Shown: positions 1-10,992 of the stretch, in pieces
Numbering within the stretch: the stretch's first letter is position 1
Layout: each line of letters opens with the position of its first letter
NCBI GenBank assembly: GCA_020184695.1
Contig: JAANOX010000224.1
Location: forward strand, 124,001-188,000
DNA: 64,000 nucleotides
Direction of reading: 5' to 3'
From: Histomonas meleagridis 2922-C6/04-290x
Lineage: Eukaryota; Protista; Parabasalia
Notes under the pieces: generated by a model
The model's input: only the letters and a program-made list of their open reading frames with translations
What the model was told of the DNA's origin: nothing
Database searches by the model: none
Program-made: the position numbers and the translations under genes

Positions 1-2
1 AT

Positions 3-128
3 GGTGATGATGGGGATGAATATGGCAGCGAATACTCTTATTCAGAAGAAGATTATGGTGATTATTCATATGAAGAAGAGGAACCAGAAGCGAATCAAGC
101 AAATGATTCATTCGGTTTCTTCGATTAG
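3..128 (+). CDS. 3' end of a gene with an acidic, Tyr-rich tail (partial, begins before the window)
   Basis: Frame 3 reads GDDGDEYGSEYSYSEEDYGDYSYEEEEPEANQANDSFGFFD, with TAG at 126-128. Confidence 0.6.
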   Translation, partial: GDDGDEYGSEYSYSEEDYGDYSYEEEEPEANQANDSFGFFD

Positions 129-495
129 TTTTTTAATTTAAAAATCAATTTCAATTCTATCAAATTTGATGTTCTGCACTTTTGTGTAAGTTGTGTAACG
201 TAAAGAAATGCAGTCACATTTTTGTAAGTTATTTAAAAAGTGGATAACGCGATTTGCATCGATCGAAAATAACACAAAAAGTGGGAATTTTCACACGCAA
301 AATCATACATCATGAAAACTTGTAAAAATTGCAAGAAAAAATAGGATAGACGTATCAAAAATCTCAAATTTTTAAAACATTTTTTGTAGTAGAAATAATA
401 ATAAATGGATCTTAATACAAGAATAAATGTCGAGCACAAAAAGTTCACTAAAAGATGTTTTTAAAACAAATTATGACAGCTTGTGAATTTGCTCT

Positions 496-771
496 TTACC
501 AAAAATCGAAATCACTGAATTCATGGGAACATGGATCAAAATCTGAAAATAGATATTCAGCTCTTGGTTTGTTTGTTGAGTGAGCGTCTCCAGTAGCGTT
601 ACTTTGTTATAGAAATTCCTGAATCTTTTTACCTATTATTTCAAGTTTTTTGAATTCAGGATTGTTGACATCAATCTTTTCATCCTTGAGAGAAATAACG
701 GTGCAATCATCATTTGGTACCGTAATTGTTATTGATTTAATTGTTTTCGGGTATGAACTCTTTCGTCCCAT
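496..771 (-). pseudogene. Possible small gene with one in-frame TAA
   Basis: ATG at 771 gives MGRKSSYPKTIKSITITVPNDD...IQEFL, then TAA (609-607), then the same frame continues QSNATGD...DFDFW to TAA at 498-496. No family recognised. Confidence 0.25.
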
Positions 772-1654
772 TAATAAAGTGAATTGGATCGTTCAACCAA
801 AATCACTTCACCTTGTTAGTCATTACAACGAGTTTAGAAATTTTTGTATTCTATGATCACACAGAATTATTTGAAAGAGAGACCCACAAAAATAACCGTT
901 TGACTGATGCTTGATTCATTTTCATAAATTTCATGAAAATTTCAAACCCAAAGTTATTATGAGAATTTTTGAGATAATAATGGTATGGCAAATGGAAATA
1001 TTTACCAGTAAATTAAGATAAAACATTCAAAATGTTGAATAACATTTGTTGTATTCTCACATGAGACATACACGTGTATTAATATTATATTTCTTCATAT
1101 TAGAAACTTTTAAAAGTTGCTTACACAACTCTAATCATTCGCAGTAACTAGTTAAATAACCATCTAAAATGAAATAACAAGTTGATCAATTATTTGTATA
1201 TAGGGATTAAGGTTAATTGTATTCTTTTAATAATTTCATAAACATGCATATAATTTAATGCCTCTACAAATGAAAGCATTTTTCACTTGAATGATTTGGT
1301 GTAGGTGGAGCGCACTTGTAGACATAAAAATTTACAGATACAATATACCTTTAAAGATTTCTGCTGATGTGTATGTAAGTTAGCAAGTCTTTAACTTGCA
1401 TTATGATTTAATGTAATTTTATCAATTTCTTTATTAGAATTGATGAAGGCATATTATTTTCGGCCTTTTTGATAAGCAATAAGTCTCACAATGAAAATAG
1501 CCAATTAAAACGTGGAAAAGCTATAAACGGTTTCCAAGTAATGGAAAAGTGTCAGAGCAAAAAGTGAAATATCTCTACGATCATTATGCATTTAATCACA
1601 ACGGTTTCAAACTGATGAATTGTTGCAAAAGAGAACTTCATTTTTGCGCAGCCA

Positions 1655-2230
1655 ATGGGAGAAGAACTTCACGCAAAAGTTTGCTTTACAAAAATGCTAA
1701 CACAAAAGAGAAAGAAGTGGGATGATGGAATAGCCATAATTAAACATTCAAAAGAATTTCAAAATCGATATAGATTTGAAATCAGAGATTTAGAAGGAAC
1801 AATAATCGAAAGTTCTATTTATAAAGAAGAAGGGGTTCCACCAGTTGGTGAAGATCTTCGAGTAGGAAAGCTTATAGTTAATATTGATTCATACGATTCA
1901 TGTTCAATTGAAGAAAAAAAGGAAAAACCACCTCCAAGGACATTAGTTCGTCCGATTCGAACAGCAGGTGCTAACAGATTTGTAACTCCTCGATCTATTC
2001 CTCTCCAACAATCCAGAATTTCACCAGAAAAACAAAGCCCAGAGAGAACACATGTCCCGCATCTTAATATACAGTTCCAACCAAATCCAATAAAGTCAAA
2101 TCAACCGGTAAATTCTGTTCCAGAAGAACTACCTAAGACAACCCTTATTAGGCCACGAACGTTTGAAGAGATTTTAGATTTTTATTCGGACCATCCTTCT
2201 CCACTTGATAAATTCAAAGTCACCAATTAA
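1655..2230 (+). CDS. Hypothetical protein with a DUF2439-like (ZGRF1/Mte1 N-terminal) domain
   Basis: CFTKMLTQKRKKWDDG resembles the DUF2439 motif YT.Q..KK.K.W.DG. Pro-rich C-terminus. Inr TCATT at 1638-1642. Confidence 0.55.
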   Translation: MGEELHAKVCFTKMLTQKRKKWDDGIAIIKHSKEFQNRYRFEIRDLEGTIIESSIYKEEGVPPVGEDLRVGKLIVNIDSYDSCSIEEKKEKPPPRTLVRPIRTAGANRFVTPRSIPLQQSRISPEKQSPERTHVPHLNIQFQPNPIKSNQPVNSVPEELPKTTLIRPRTFEEILDFYSDHPSPLDKFKVTN

Positions 2231-2546
2231 ATCAATCGCACTTACGCATGAACAAAAAACTGGCCATGAAAAAACTGGTATCAGCCAAGCGAAAGATAAC
2301 ATTATTACAATAAGTTGTGGCGGGAAACTTGTTTTCACAACACATTTTTCTGAAAACTGTTTTTAATTATTGAATTTATCTATCGTTCGTTCTCAAAAAA
2401 GAAATTTTTAAACATAACCCACCAGCGCGCCCATTATATATTTTAACTAGATTTTCATCTTGGACAGATCTCTGCCCACAGAGGCACATATTTTTTAGAT
2501 GTTAACATTGGAAAATATGCTCAAACTCCTTGAAACCCTAAAGAGT

Positions 2547-2666
2547 AAAAGATTGATTTCACTTTTCTAAAAGTTTTGTTGTGATTAAATCAAAAAAATG
2601 ATCGATAGCTTTTTTTGAATTGTTTATCAATGACGATTGAACTTCAGTGAATATTAAGTTTCTTCA
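2547..2666. repeat. Dispersed repeat, inverted copy at 51670-51781
   Basis: Core gatcaaaaaaatgatcgatagctttttt(t)gaattgtttatcaatgacgatt is nearly identical to the reverse complement of the 51.7 kb copy; the flanks are also similar. Confidence 0.8.
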
Positions 2667-5034
2667 CGACATTGGTCAAACGGTCTCTTAAGCAATGGTT
2701 TTAAAGTTGAAAGAGCTGATAGGTATCGACAAGGGATGTGTAAACAAAATGCAAATTGACAGACGTTTAGTCATTTTTTTTTTTGATCCGAATTGGATTT
2801 TATTATAACTTTACAAGTCGAACAATAGAGATCCTGTTCTAAAAGTGACACATATTCACCTTCTATCGTTAGGGGTACCCTGTCCATTTTGTTCTATTTT
2901 TGCCCAAAATAAAAAACACTGATTTTAACAATATTATTAAAAATTTTTTATTCACCAAAAAAGCCTGTGCAGTATATATCAAATTCATAAAATATTGAAC
3001 AAGATATTTATTAATAATGATAATACTGAGGTTTTATTGTTTGTTAGCTAAGGGGCCGAATTAAGCCCAGAAAGGACGTGATTTTGAAGCCCAAAAATTG
3101 TTGAAAATCAAGAAATAAATAAAAACCACTTTTTTCATAATTAAAAGAATTTGTTTGATTTTCCACAATAAATTATTGTACCATATTTAAAACACACTAA
3201 AAGTGTTTATTTATTGCAATAAGTGAAGTTTTGTTGAAAAAAATCGGCGGTGTTCAATTTCGTGAATCCTGCTTGAGTGTGTAGTCCGACCAGATATGTA
3301 TTGAAAGTATTTTTGAATCAATTAATCATCATAAGAAAAAATGAGTAAATAATATCCCTTGCATTCAATATTCTCAATATTAGTTTTCCGAGCAATTATC
3401 AAATGAAAATATTATTAAAATATAAAATATTAAAACACGATATTAGTAAAATATTTATTTAGAATAATATTAAAAATTATTATTTTATTTTTGAGATATT
3501 TCCATTTTATATTACGCTTAGATCTGGAAATCAGCGGTTAAGGCTTAAGCACTTTTCAGGAATCGGCGCGCGTTCAATTTCGTGATAGATGAAACGGTTG
3601 CTTAAGCACTTTTAAAGGAGACTTTTGATGAAAAATATTTTTATTCATATTCATGATTTAAAAGTTTGAACAAGTTCAAAAAATTTACCTGGAGATCCCC
3701 TGTTCAAAATGATCAATAAATATGACAATTGTGGGAATATTATAAGAAATGAAAAAATCTTGTTTTCGGTTATAAGAGTTCTTAAGCCCAATTTTTTGGC
3801 CTTGGGCTTCATTTTAGCGCCTTATTGTTAGCAAATCACGTATCCCTGTTATTTGTTCTTGGGTGAATATCTGTTGCTTATCTTCGCCAATGAAATACTA
3901 CTTTTCGTATAAATTTTTGAAAAAACGAACTCTACCTTTCCTACTTTTTGGGTACTTTACAAACAGCCATTATTTCGAAAATTATTCGGGCAACAATTTA
4001 GTATAAATAATTCCAAATTTTTTTAAAAAAATTATTAGAAGGAGAGTTGGTTGATACCGTCTTTTTATATCCGATTATCTTTTTCCAACAAAATTTGTTT
4101 GTATTGAAAGAGTTGTGTAAGCGAAAAATTCCACAATGGGATTTTTATATAACTTGAAAATATCAATAAACATAGAGATTAAACCCTATATAACATGTCT
4201 TTAAGTGAATTCATTCCTATATTTTTTGGATATTTTTATTTTTTGATTTCAAATATTTGAAATGCTTACAAAAAGTTGATATCGTACACAAAAAGTCAAC
4301 TCAAAGAAACATGTTGCTACAACTTTTTGTTCATTTTTCTTGAAATAACATAATTGTTTTATGTAAAAATTATTCAATATATGCTTCTAAATTGAAGTTG
4401 CTGATGTAATAACATTAAATTCTATTTATTTTCTATTTTTATCAAAATTTACAATAATTGCATTTCTTTATTTAAATGCATTATTTTGATGAATAACATT
4501 TACAATGATCAAAATCCTTCTGATTTTTATTATAAAGAGTAAACATTAATTTCATTTAAATTTTTTTTTCATGTTTTTGTGATATTCAAAAATATTTCTC
4601 AATTCACATGTCACATCATTATATTGAAATTTGTTGTGCTTAAATGGAAAATTTTTCTAAAATGTACCAAAGGATTTTGATAAAACTGTTATAAATACAA
4701 AATATTGATTGTATTCTATTTAATGGTACTTCAAAATTTAAAATATCATTGTGGAATTTTTTGTAACAAATCGAAATAATATTATATGAAAAAATAATTA
4801 AACATGGAGTAAAATTTTATATAAAAACAATTCCGTTTTAACTTTACTATTATTTGATAATAAATAAACTAAAATATTCAAATTATGATAAAAATATTTC
4901 AATATTTTGAGAATTTCAAAAAAATCAGTAAATTTGCGATTTCAAAATTTTTTAAAATAAATTACAAAATTATATTTATTAAGGTACCTATGTAACATAG
5001 AAAAAATTTGGCTTGATTTTATTAAGGATAATAT

Positions 5035-5836
5035 TCATTTTTTGGGTGTTTTTTTTTCGCTTACACTACTCTGTATTGAATTAATATTATTCAAATGAAT
5101 AGTTTTTGCATTAACATCAATTCCTTTATCTAAAAGTAATTTTACTATTTCTATATTATTATTTTTAACTGCTATATGAAGTGCTGTTTCAAATTATTAA
5201 AACATATTATAAATTATTAAAACATATTCCAAATTATTCAAATGAATATTTTTTGCATTAACATCAATTCCTTCTTTATCTAAAAGTAATTTTACTATTT
5301 CTATATTATTATTTTTAACTGCTATATGAAGTGCTGTTTCAAATTATTAAAACATATTATAAATTATTAAAACATATTCCAAATTATTCAAATGAATAGT
5401 TTTTGCATTAACATCAATTCCTTTATCTAAAAGTAATTTTACTATTTCTATATTATTATTTCTAACTGCTATATGAAGTGCTGTTTCAAATTATTAAAAC
5501 ATATTCCAAATTATTAAAACATATATAAAATTAGAGATATTTTGATTAATTTCTTCTTCTTTAATCTGAAATGCTTTTAAAAAATTTAAGTAAATATCAT
5601 ATTCATGTTTTGGTGATGAAAATGTATTATAAACTAATTTACTTATAATAATATTAAATTGTATTTGGAAATTTTAAATCAAAAAATGTCATTACTTTTT
5701 TAATGGATGGCTGCAAGTTTTCTTCTGTTAAACTGAATACAATTTTCTCAAGCTCAATTAGGAATTTCAAGCAGGTTGATAGATCATTCAACTTTTTATC
5801 TCCTGTGTTTATGGTAGTAATATCATCATCAGGCAT
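5035..5836 (-). other. Spacer-interrupted ankyrin locus A (internally deleted; 3 near-identical repeats, 60-nt spacers)
   Basis: N-terminus FLIELEKIVFSLTEENL matches loci B and D. Frameshift near 5660. Repeats TALHIAV(K/R)NNNIEIVKLLLDK(E)GIDVNAK(T/N) at 5484-5398, 5337-5248 and 5187-5101. Spacers at 5397-5338 and 5247-5188. Final TGA at 5037-5035. Confidence 0.85.
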
Positions 5837-6251
5837 TTAGTTCCATAGAACGTTACATAATTTTTTAACGATATCAAATTCATATAAAATATTAATAAAC
5901 TTGTGGTTATTCATTAATGTAATGCATATTGTAATGTATATTGTAATTCATTAATGTATTGGTAAATTTAGTCATTATTTAGTTAGACACGAAGATAGTG
6001 TTAAAGTTGTTTGTATTGTTTTTGCAAAAACAAAATCTTATGACAGTCATTTTATTTAGTCTAATTTTATCCATGACATGGATGAGTGATATGATATTAC
6101 ATATCCTATAAATTTCTTTTCAATATAATTTCCCATTACATACTGTGATGCATATCAACCGAGTAATGCACATCGTTATTTTAATTGAACGCGACGATGA
6201 GAAATTTGAATGGAAAAGCAGTAAAATTTGTGTGAATAAAATCATTATTTA

Positions 6252-6842
6252 ATGAAAGCTAAAAAAGGCTCTTCAAGCCCTACATACAAAGTAGTGATGG
6301 TAGGAAATTCAGGCGTTGGGAAAACTACAATTATTAATAGAATTTATAGTGGAAATTTTTTGGAAAATCACGTCCCAACAACAGGATCACAATATGTTAC
6401 AATAACAAGTAAAGTTGATGAACGTATAGTTAACTTAGAATTGTGGGATACAGCCGGGCAAGAAGCTTACCGTGGACTTGTAGGTTTTTATGCAAGAGAT
6501 TCAAAAGGTGCTTTTTTGGTTTGTGATGTTTCAAAGCAAGATTCTTTCCAATCACTCTCACAGTGGGTAGACTTTGTAAAGGAATCAGCTCCAGATGCAA
6601 AAATATATCTTTTTGCAAATAAGGTTGATCTAGATGATAGAGTAATTACATCACAACAAATAGAACAATTTGCAGAAGATCAAAGTATTGAATGGTCAGA
6701 AGGAAGTGCAAAAACAGGCCAAGGGATAAATGATTTAGTATCAAATATTGCATCAATTCTCTATGAAACGTTTGGTGAAAATGGCACTACGCATAGTTCA
6801 GTTACTCTTGAAGATGGCAAAAAACAAAAATGTTCTTGTTGA
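6252..6842 (+). CDS. Rab-family small GTPase
   Basis: GNSGVGKT, WDTAGQE, NKVD, SAK and C-terminal CSC prenylation motif. Inr TCATT at 6242-6246. Confidence 0.95.
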   Translation: MKAKKGSSSPTYKVVMVGNSGVGKTTIINRIYSGNFLENHVPTTGSQYVTITSKVDERIVNLELWDTAGQEAYRGLVGFYARDSKGAFLVCDVSKQDSFQSLSQWVDFVKESAPDAKIYLFANKVDLDDRVITSQQIEQFAEDQSIEWSEGSAKTGQGINDLVSNIASILYETFGENGTTHSSVTLEDGKKQKCSC

Positions 6843-6892
6843 GTTTATTCAAAATACTTTTTGTAAAAATTTATAATCTCCACCAGTAAATG

Positions 6893-6918
<26 letters not shown>
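6893..6918. repeat. (AT)13 microsatellite
   Basis: Read directly from the sequence. Confidence 0.95.
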
Positions 6919-6923
<5 letters not shown>

Positions 6924-7045
6924 ATGTAGTTTACAACTGTTTAAATTGAGTTCATTGATTATTATTGGATTGTTCAAAAATTTGTAATTCTTGATTGCAC
7001 GGAGAACGTTTAACGATAGGAAATAACCGATTTATCAGAGAAATT

Positions 7046-8089
7046 ATGTCCGATTCTGATGGGGAATATTGGTCTCAATGGAGCAAACCAGAAAATGAGG
7101 CAATACGTCAATTATTTCTTGCCTTTGGAGGAAATGCAAAAACAGAACCATTAGTTGCATCATTCACAGATATTTCTCTTTGTTCAAATGATGAAGAAAA
7201 TGCAAATCCAACTAAAGGCACCATTTACTTAACTACAAAGAGGATGATATTCCTTCCTAAAATAGGATTTCCTAAAAAAGGCGCTGCTCATGCTACTTTT
7301 GATTCACTCTATTATTTATCAATTAACAAATCAGATCTCATATTTCTTATTTCTGATTCCAATGTTTCAACAATTAAAATTAAGTTTAATGATTGGAACA
7401 CTCTTTTACAATGTTTTATGGTATTTCGTATTCTTGCTGAAAGCTCAATAAAAAAATCCACAGATGTTCCCACGATCCTTAAAGAAGTTTCCTCTATTGA
7501 TGTTTCTCGTGTTTCTTATACATCCATTGCAATTGATCTACCCAATTCAACAAAACCTAAGAAAGTTATTGAAACGCAACCCGTTGAACAGCATTCAGAA
7601 GTTGATGAAAGCACAAATCCATGGAACCATTTTACTCATGCAATTGATTTTCTTAATAATTTCCATTTTGACATAATCATCAAAATCCGAATTCTTTTTG
7701 TTCTAGCCTTAATATCATCATGTCTCAAGTACGTTGATTTTCTCACATTCATATCCATCTTATCCATTGGCCTTCTGGCGTTTACTGCGTGGAAATTAAT
7801 CAATGAGGAAACCGCCAAAAACCGCCAAACTCTTGAAGAAACTCCAAAAGCTATGAAAGGATACTTTAAAGTGTGCCAATTCTTCCAGGAATATATAGGA
7901 TGGAGGAAGCCACGTAGGACGTTTCTTATTCTTCATTTTTTCATTGGAACTGTAATCACTTATTTCATTCTCCCACCAAAAGTATATAAAACTATGATGG
8001 TGGCGTTGGCTGCAGGAATGCTGATAAGGGCGCTGTTCCAATTAAGCACAAATGAGAAAATTTGTTCATCTCCATTATATGCAACTTGA
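7046..8089 (+). CDS. GRAM-like domain protein with C-terminal transmembrane segments
   Basis: KGTIYLTTKRMIF resembles the GRAM core G.LYLT..RL.F. Hydrophobic helices in the last third. First ATG is at 7046; the ORF track starts at a TTG. Confidence 0.55.
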   Translation: MSDSDGEYWSQWSKPENEAIRQLFLAFGGNAKTEPLVASFTDISLCSNDEENANPTKGTIYLTTKRMIFLPKIGFPKKGAAHATFDSLYYLSINKSDLIFLISDSNVSTIKIKFNDWNTLLQCFMVFRILAESSIKKSTDVPTILKEVSSIDVSRVSYTSIAIDLPNSTKPKKVIETQPVEQHSEVDESTNPWNHFTHAIDFLNNFHFDIIIKIRILFVLALISSCLKYVDFLTFISILSIGLLAFTAWKLINEETAKNRQTLEETPKAMKGYFKVCQFFQEYIGWRKPRRTFLILHFFIGTVITYFILPPKVYKTMMVALAAGMLIRALFQLSTNEKICSSPLYAT

Positions 8090-8729
8090 TTAATATGTTC
8101 CATCTTTTGTTAGGAATAAAAGAATTTGTTTGATTTGTTTTAAGGAAAACTTTGAGTTTTATAAAGAAAAGAATAGAAAAATGTTATTTGCTGGAAACAT
8201 TACAGAAAACGAAAATAAAATAAAAAAATATTTTTTGATGATGAAAAAGAATAATTATTCAAAGAACATTTAAACTACATAAAAAGTAAATTAATGAGTT
8301 ATTCCAAATGAAATAAACAATAAATTATAGCTTGTAAATAATCCACAAAAATCATGTAATCTATTGAATTAAAAATTACAGTTTGTAAAATAAAATATGA
8401 AAATATGTTCCACCAAATGAAGTTAACCACCAAATGTTGCATGAAGCAAGAGACTTCGACTTATTTCTATGTTGTTATTTCTATTTTCATTCTATTTCTT
8501 TTGGTTTGACATGTAATTATTTTAATTTATTTGATATTTTTGGGCATTTCCAATCTGAAGAATATCATTTTTTAACTTTCTTATTAACTAAAAATGATTT
8601 TACTTATAATACAAAATAAAAACCAGTAGCTAAATATTTTTTATTCTTTTTTAATTCACCATTGTTTCATACTTTATTTTTTTTATTAAAATGGAGATTT
8701 CTTCAACAAATAAAAAAATTATTTCTCAT

Positions 8730-9088
8730 AATTCATTCACATAACAACTTCTTGTTTATATAATGAATTCATTCACATAACAACTTCTTGTTTACATAAT
8801 GAATTCATTCACATAACAACTTCTTGTTTACATAATGAATTCATTCACATAACAACTTCTTGTTTACATAATGAATTCATTCACATAACAACTTCTTGTT
8901 TATATAATGAATTCATTCACATAACAACTTCTTGTTTATATAATGAATTCATTCACATAACAACTTCTTGTTTATATAATGAATTCATTCACATAACAAC
9001 TTCTTGTTTACATAATGAATTCATTCACATAACAACTTCTTGTTTACATAATGAATTCATTCACATAACAACTTCTTGTTTACATAAT
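8730..9088. repeat. 36-bp tandem minisatellite, about 10 copies
   Basis: Unit aatgaattcattcacataacaacttcttgttta(c/t)at, exact period 36, no unique spacers. Confidence 0.97.
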
Positions 9089-10615
9089 ATGTAGAACGTT
9101 CTTCATATTTCCTTCCTTGTACGCGCCTGTTTTTGTATCCAATGCCGACACTTTTAATATTCCTTCTTCGTCCACCTTAAATGTCACTGTAATTTTTGGT
9201 TCTCCAATTTTTCCGTTTGTGATCCCTCCCATCAAGAACTCGCCCAAAAACGAATTATTTCTCGCTGTTTGATCTTCTCCCATGAAGACGGAAATTTTAA
9301 TTTGATTCTGGTAGTCAGAAGCTGTTGTATAGTTTTCATGAACTTCTATTGGAATATTCGTATTCTTCGCGATGATTTTTTGCATTTCCCCATTATATAA
9401 TTCAACTCCAAGTGAATGCGGTAATACCGAACGAATTCGAACAATGGGATATTCATTACCAGCGATATCTCCGCCAAGAATTGCTGCACCACTTACGACA
9501 GCAAGTTCGGGATGTACTCGTGTTAGATTTAATGGTTCTTTTCCAAAGTACTCTCGAAGAATTGAACGAACTTTTGGTATCTTCGATGACCCGCCTATAA
9601 GAATATAATCGTCAATATTCTCCTTAAAGAGGCCTTTATCTTCTAAAACGCGTTTGACAGGGTTTAAAATTCGATCAAATAATTCTGAATTAATGCTTTC
9701 AAATTCTTCGCGTTTAATTTCGATCTTATAATCAATGCCACAAAGTGATGGACACGAAATGGTCGTTTTCTGATTCTTTGCTAAAACGATCTTGGCTTCT
9801 TCACATTTATCTTTCACAAAGAGAACAGATCGTTTGTTTTGAAGAAAGTCACAGTTGTGTTTTTCTTTAAAGCATTTGGCGACATAATGAAGAAGATTAT
9901 TATCAAAATCTTGACCACCAAGATGTGGATCACCATCAGTAGCTATGACTTGAAAATCGTTTTTATCAACGTTAAGAATAGAAACATCAAGAGTTCCACC
10001 ACCAAAATCAAATATAAGAATTTTTTTGTTATTATAATTAGAATTTTCTTTCAAGCCACATGCAATGGCTGCTGCCGTTGGCTCTTCAATAAGACGTAGA
10101 ACTTTAAGACCTGCAAGTTCCCCTGCTTTGCGAGTGGCTTGACGTTGGTTACTATTGAAATCAGCAGGAATGGTAATAACAGCTTCATCAATTTTAACGC
10201 TATAAAAATCTTCGGCAAGGCCTTTCAATTCTTTGAGAATTTCGGAAGAGATTTCTTCTGGCAAAAAGATCTTTTGACTATTTTGGAATTGGATTTTGAT
10301 CTTAGGAACACCACCATCTTGAACAACTGTGAAAGGCCATAAGTCTTTGCATTCTTTGATTATTGGATCAGTAAATTTTCTTCCAATTAGTCGTTTAGAA
10401 TCAAATACAGTAGAGTTTAAGTACTGACTTGCTTGATCTTTTGCTACATACCCACAGAGTACTTGGCCATCTTCTGTAAAAGTTACATAAGATGGAATTG
10501 ATAATTTGCTATTAATAGGGATTATCTCAACTTCATTGTTTTTATAAACGGCTACACTGCTGTACGTTGTGCCAAGGTCGATGCCTAGGATGTAACGAAC
10601 TTTTTGCTTCTTCAT
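9080..10615 (-). CDS. Divergent Hsp70 (NBD plus SBD-beta, no helical lid)
   Basis: GIDLGTTYS, IFDFGGGTLDVS, LIGGSSKIPKVR, TTASDYQ, FKVDEEGILKVSA. 511 aa, no EEVD, no signal peptide. Confidence 0.92.
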   Translation of the reverse strand: MKKQKVRYILGIDLGTTYSSVAVYKNNEVEIIPINSKLSIPSYVTFTEDGQVLCGYVAKDQASQYLNSTVFDSKRLIGRKFTDPIIKECKDLWPFTVVQDGGVPKIKIQFQNSQKIFLPEEISSEILKELKGLAEDFYSVKIDEAVITIPADFNSNQRQATRKAGELAGLKVLRLIEEPTAAAIACGLKENSNYNNKKILIFDFGGGTLDVSILNVDKNDFQVIATDGDPHLGGQDFDNNLLHYVAKCFKEKHNCDFLQNKRSVLFVKDKCEEAKIVLAKNQKTTISCPSLCGIDYKIEIKREEFESINSELFDRILNPVKRVLEDKGLFKENIDDYILIGGSSKIPKVRSILREYFGKEPLNLTRVHPELAVVSGAAILGGDIAGNEYPIVRIRSVLPHSLGVELYNGEMQKIIAKNTNIPIEVHENYTTASDYQNQIKISVFMGEDQTARNNSFLGEFLMGGITNGKIGEPKITVTFKVDEEGILKVSALDTKTGAYKEGNMKNVLHIM

Positions 10616-10992
10616 GAGAAGACCTTCTAAAAAATGGTATAAAAAATGCCTAAAATTATGTCAAATGATCGGCATTTTGTAAAATTCACAATTCTTATGA
10701 AATTTTACGGTTTTAATCAACACCAATACTTTGGCAAAAACAACCATTTGGCTCTAAATAAAGTCCCAAAAAAATATCTGCTAAAATGACTTACATAAGA
10801 TGTAGTTTTAAGTGATATTCATTCTTTAGAAAATACATTGAAAAATCAATTTTTTATCGGAAATTGATTGATATCTTTGAATCTCATTCAAATGGCCCTA
10901 ATTCATCAGATGTTTATTACAAGTAACATATTAAAATTAATGTATTATTTTATATTAAAAAAAATTAATCTAAACAACAATTCAATTTATTA

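Noticed and set aside
8730-9088. CRISPR array (36-bp repeats)
   Set aside because: Repeats are directly adjacent with no unique spacers; eukaryotic context; no cas genes.
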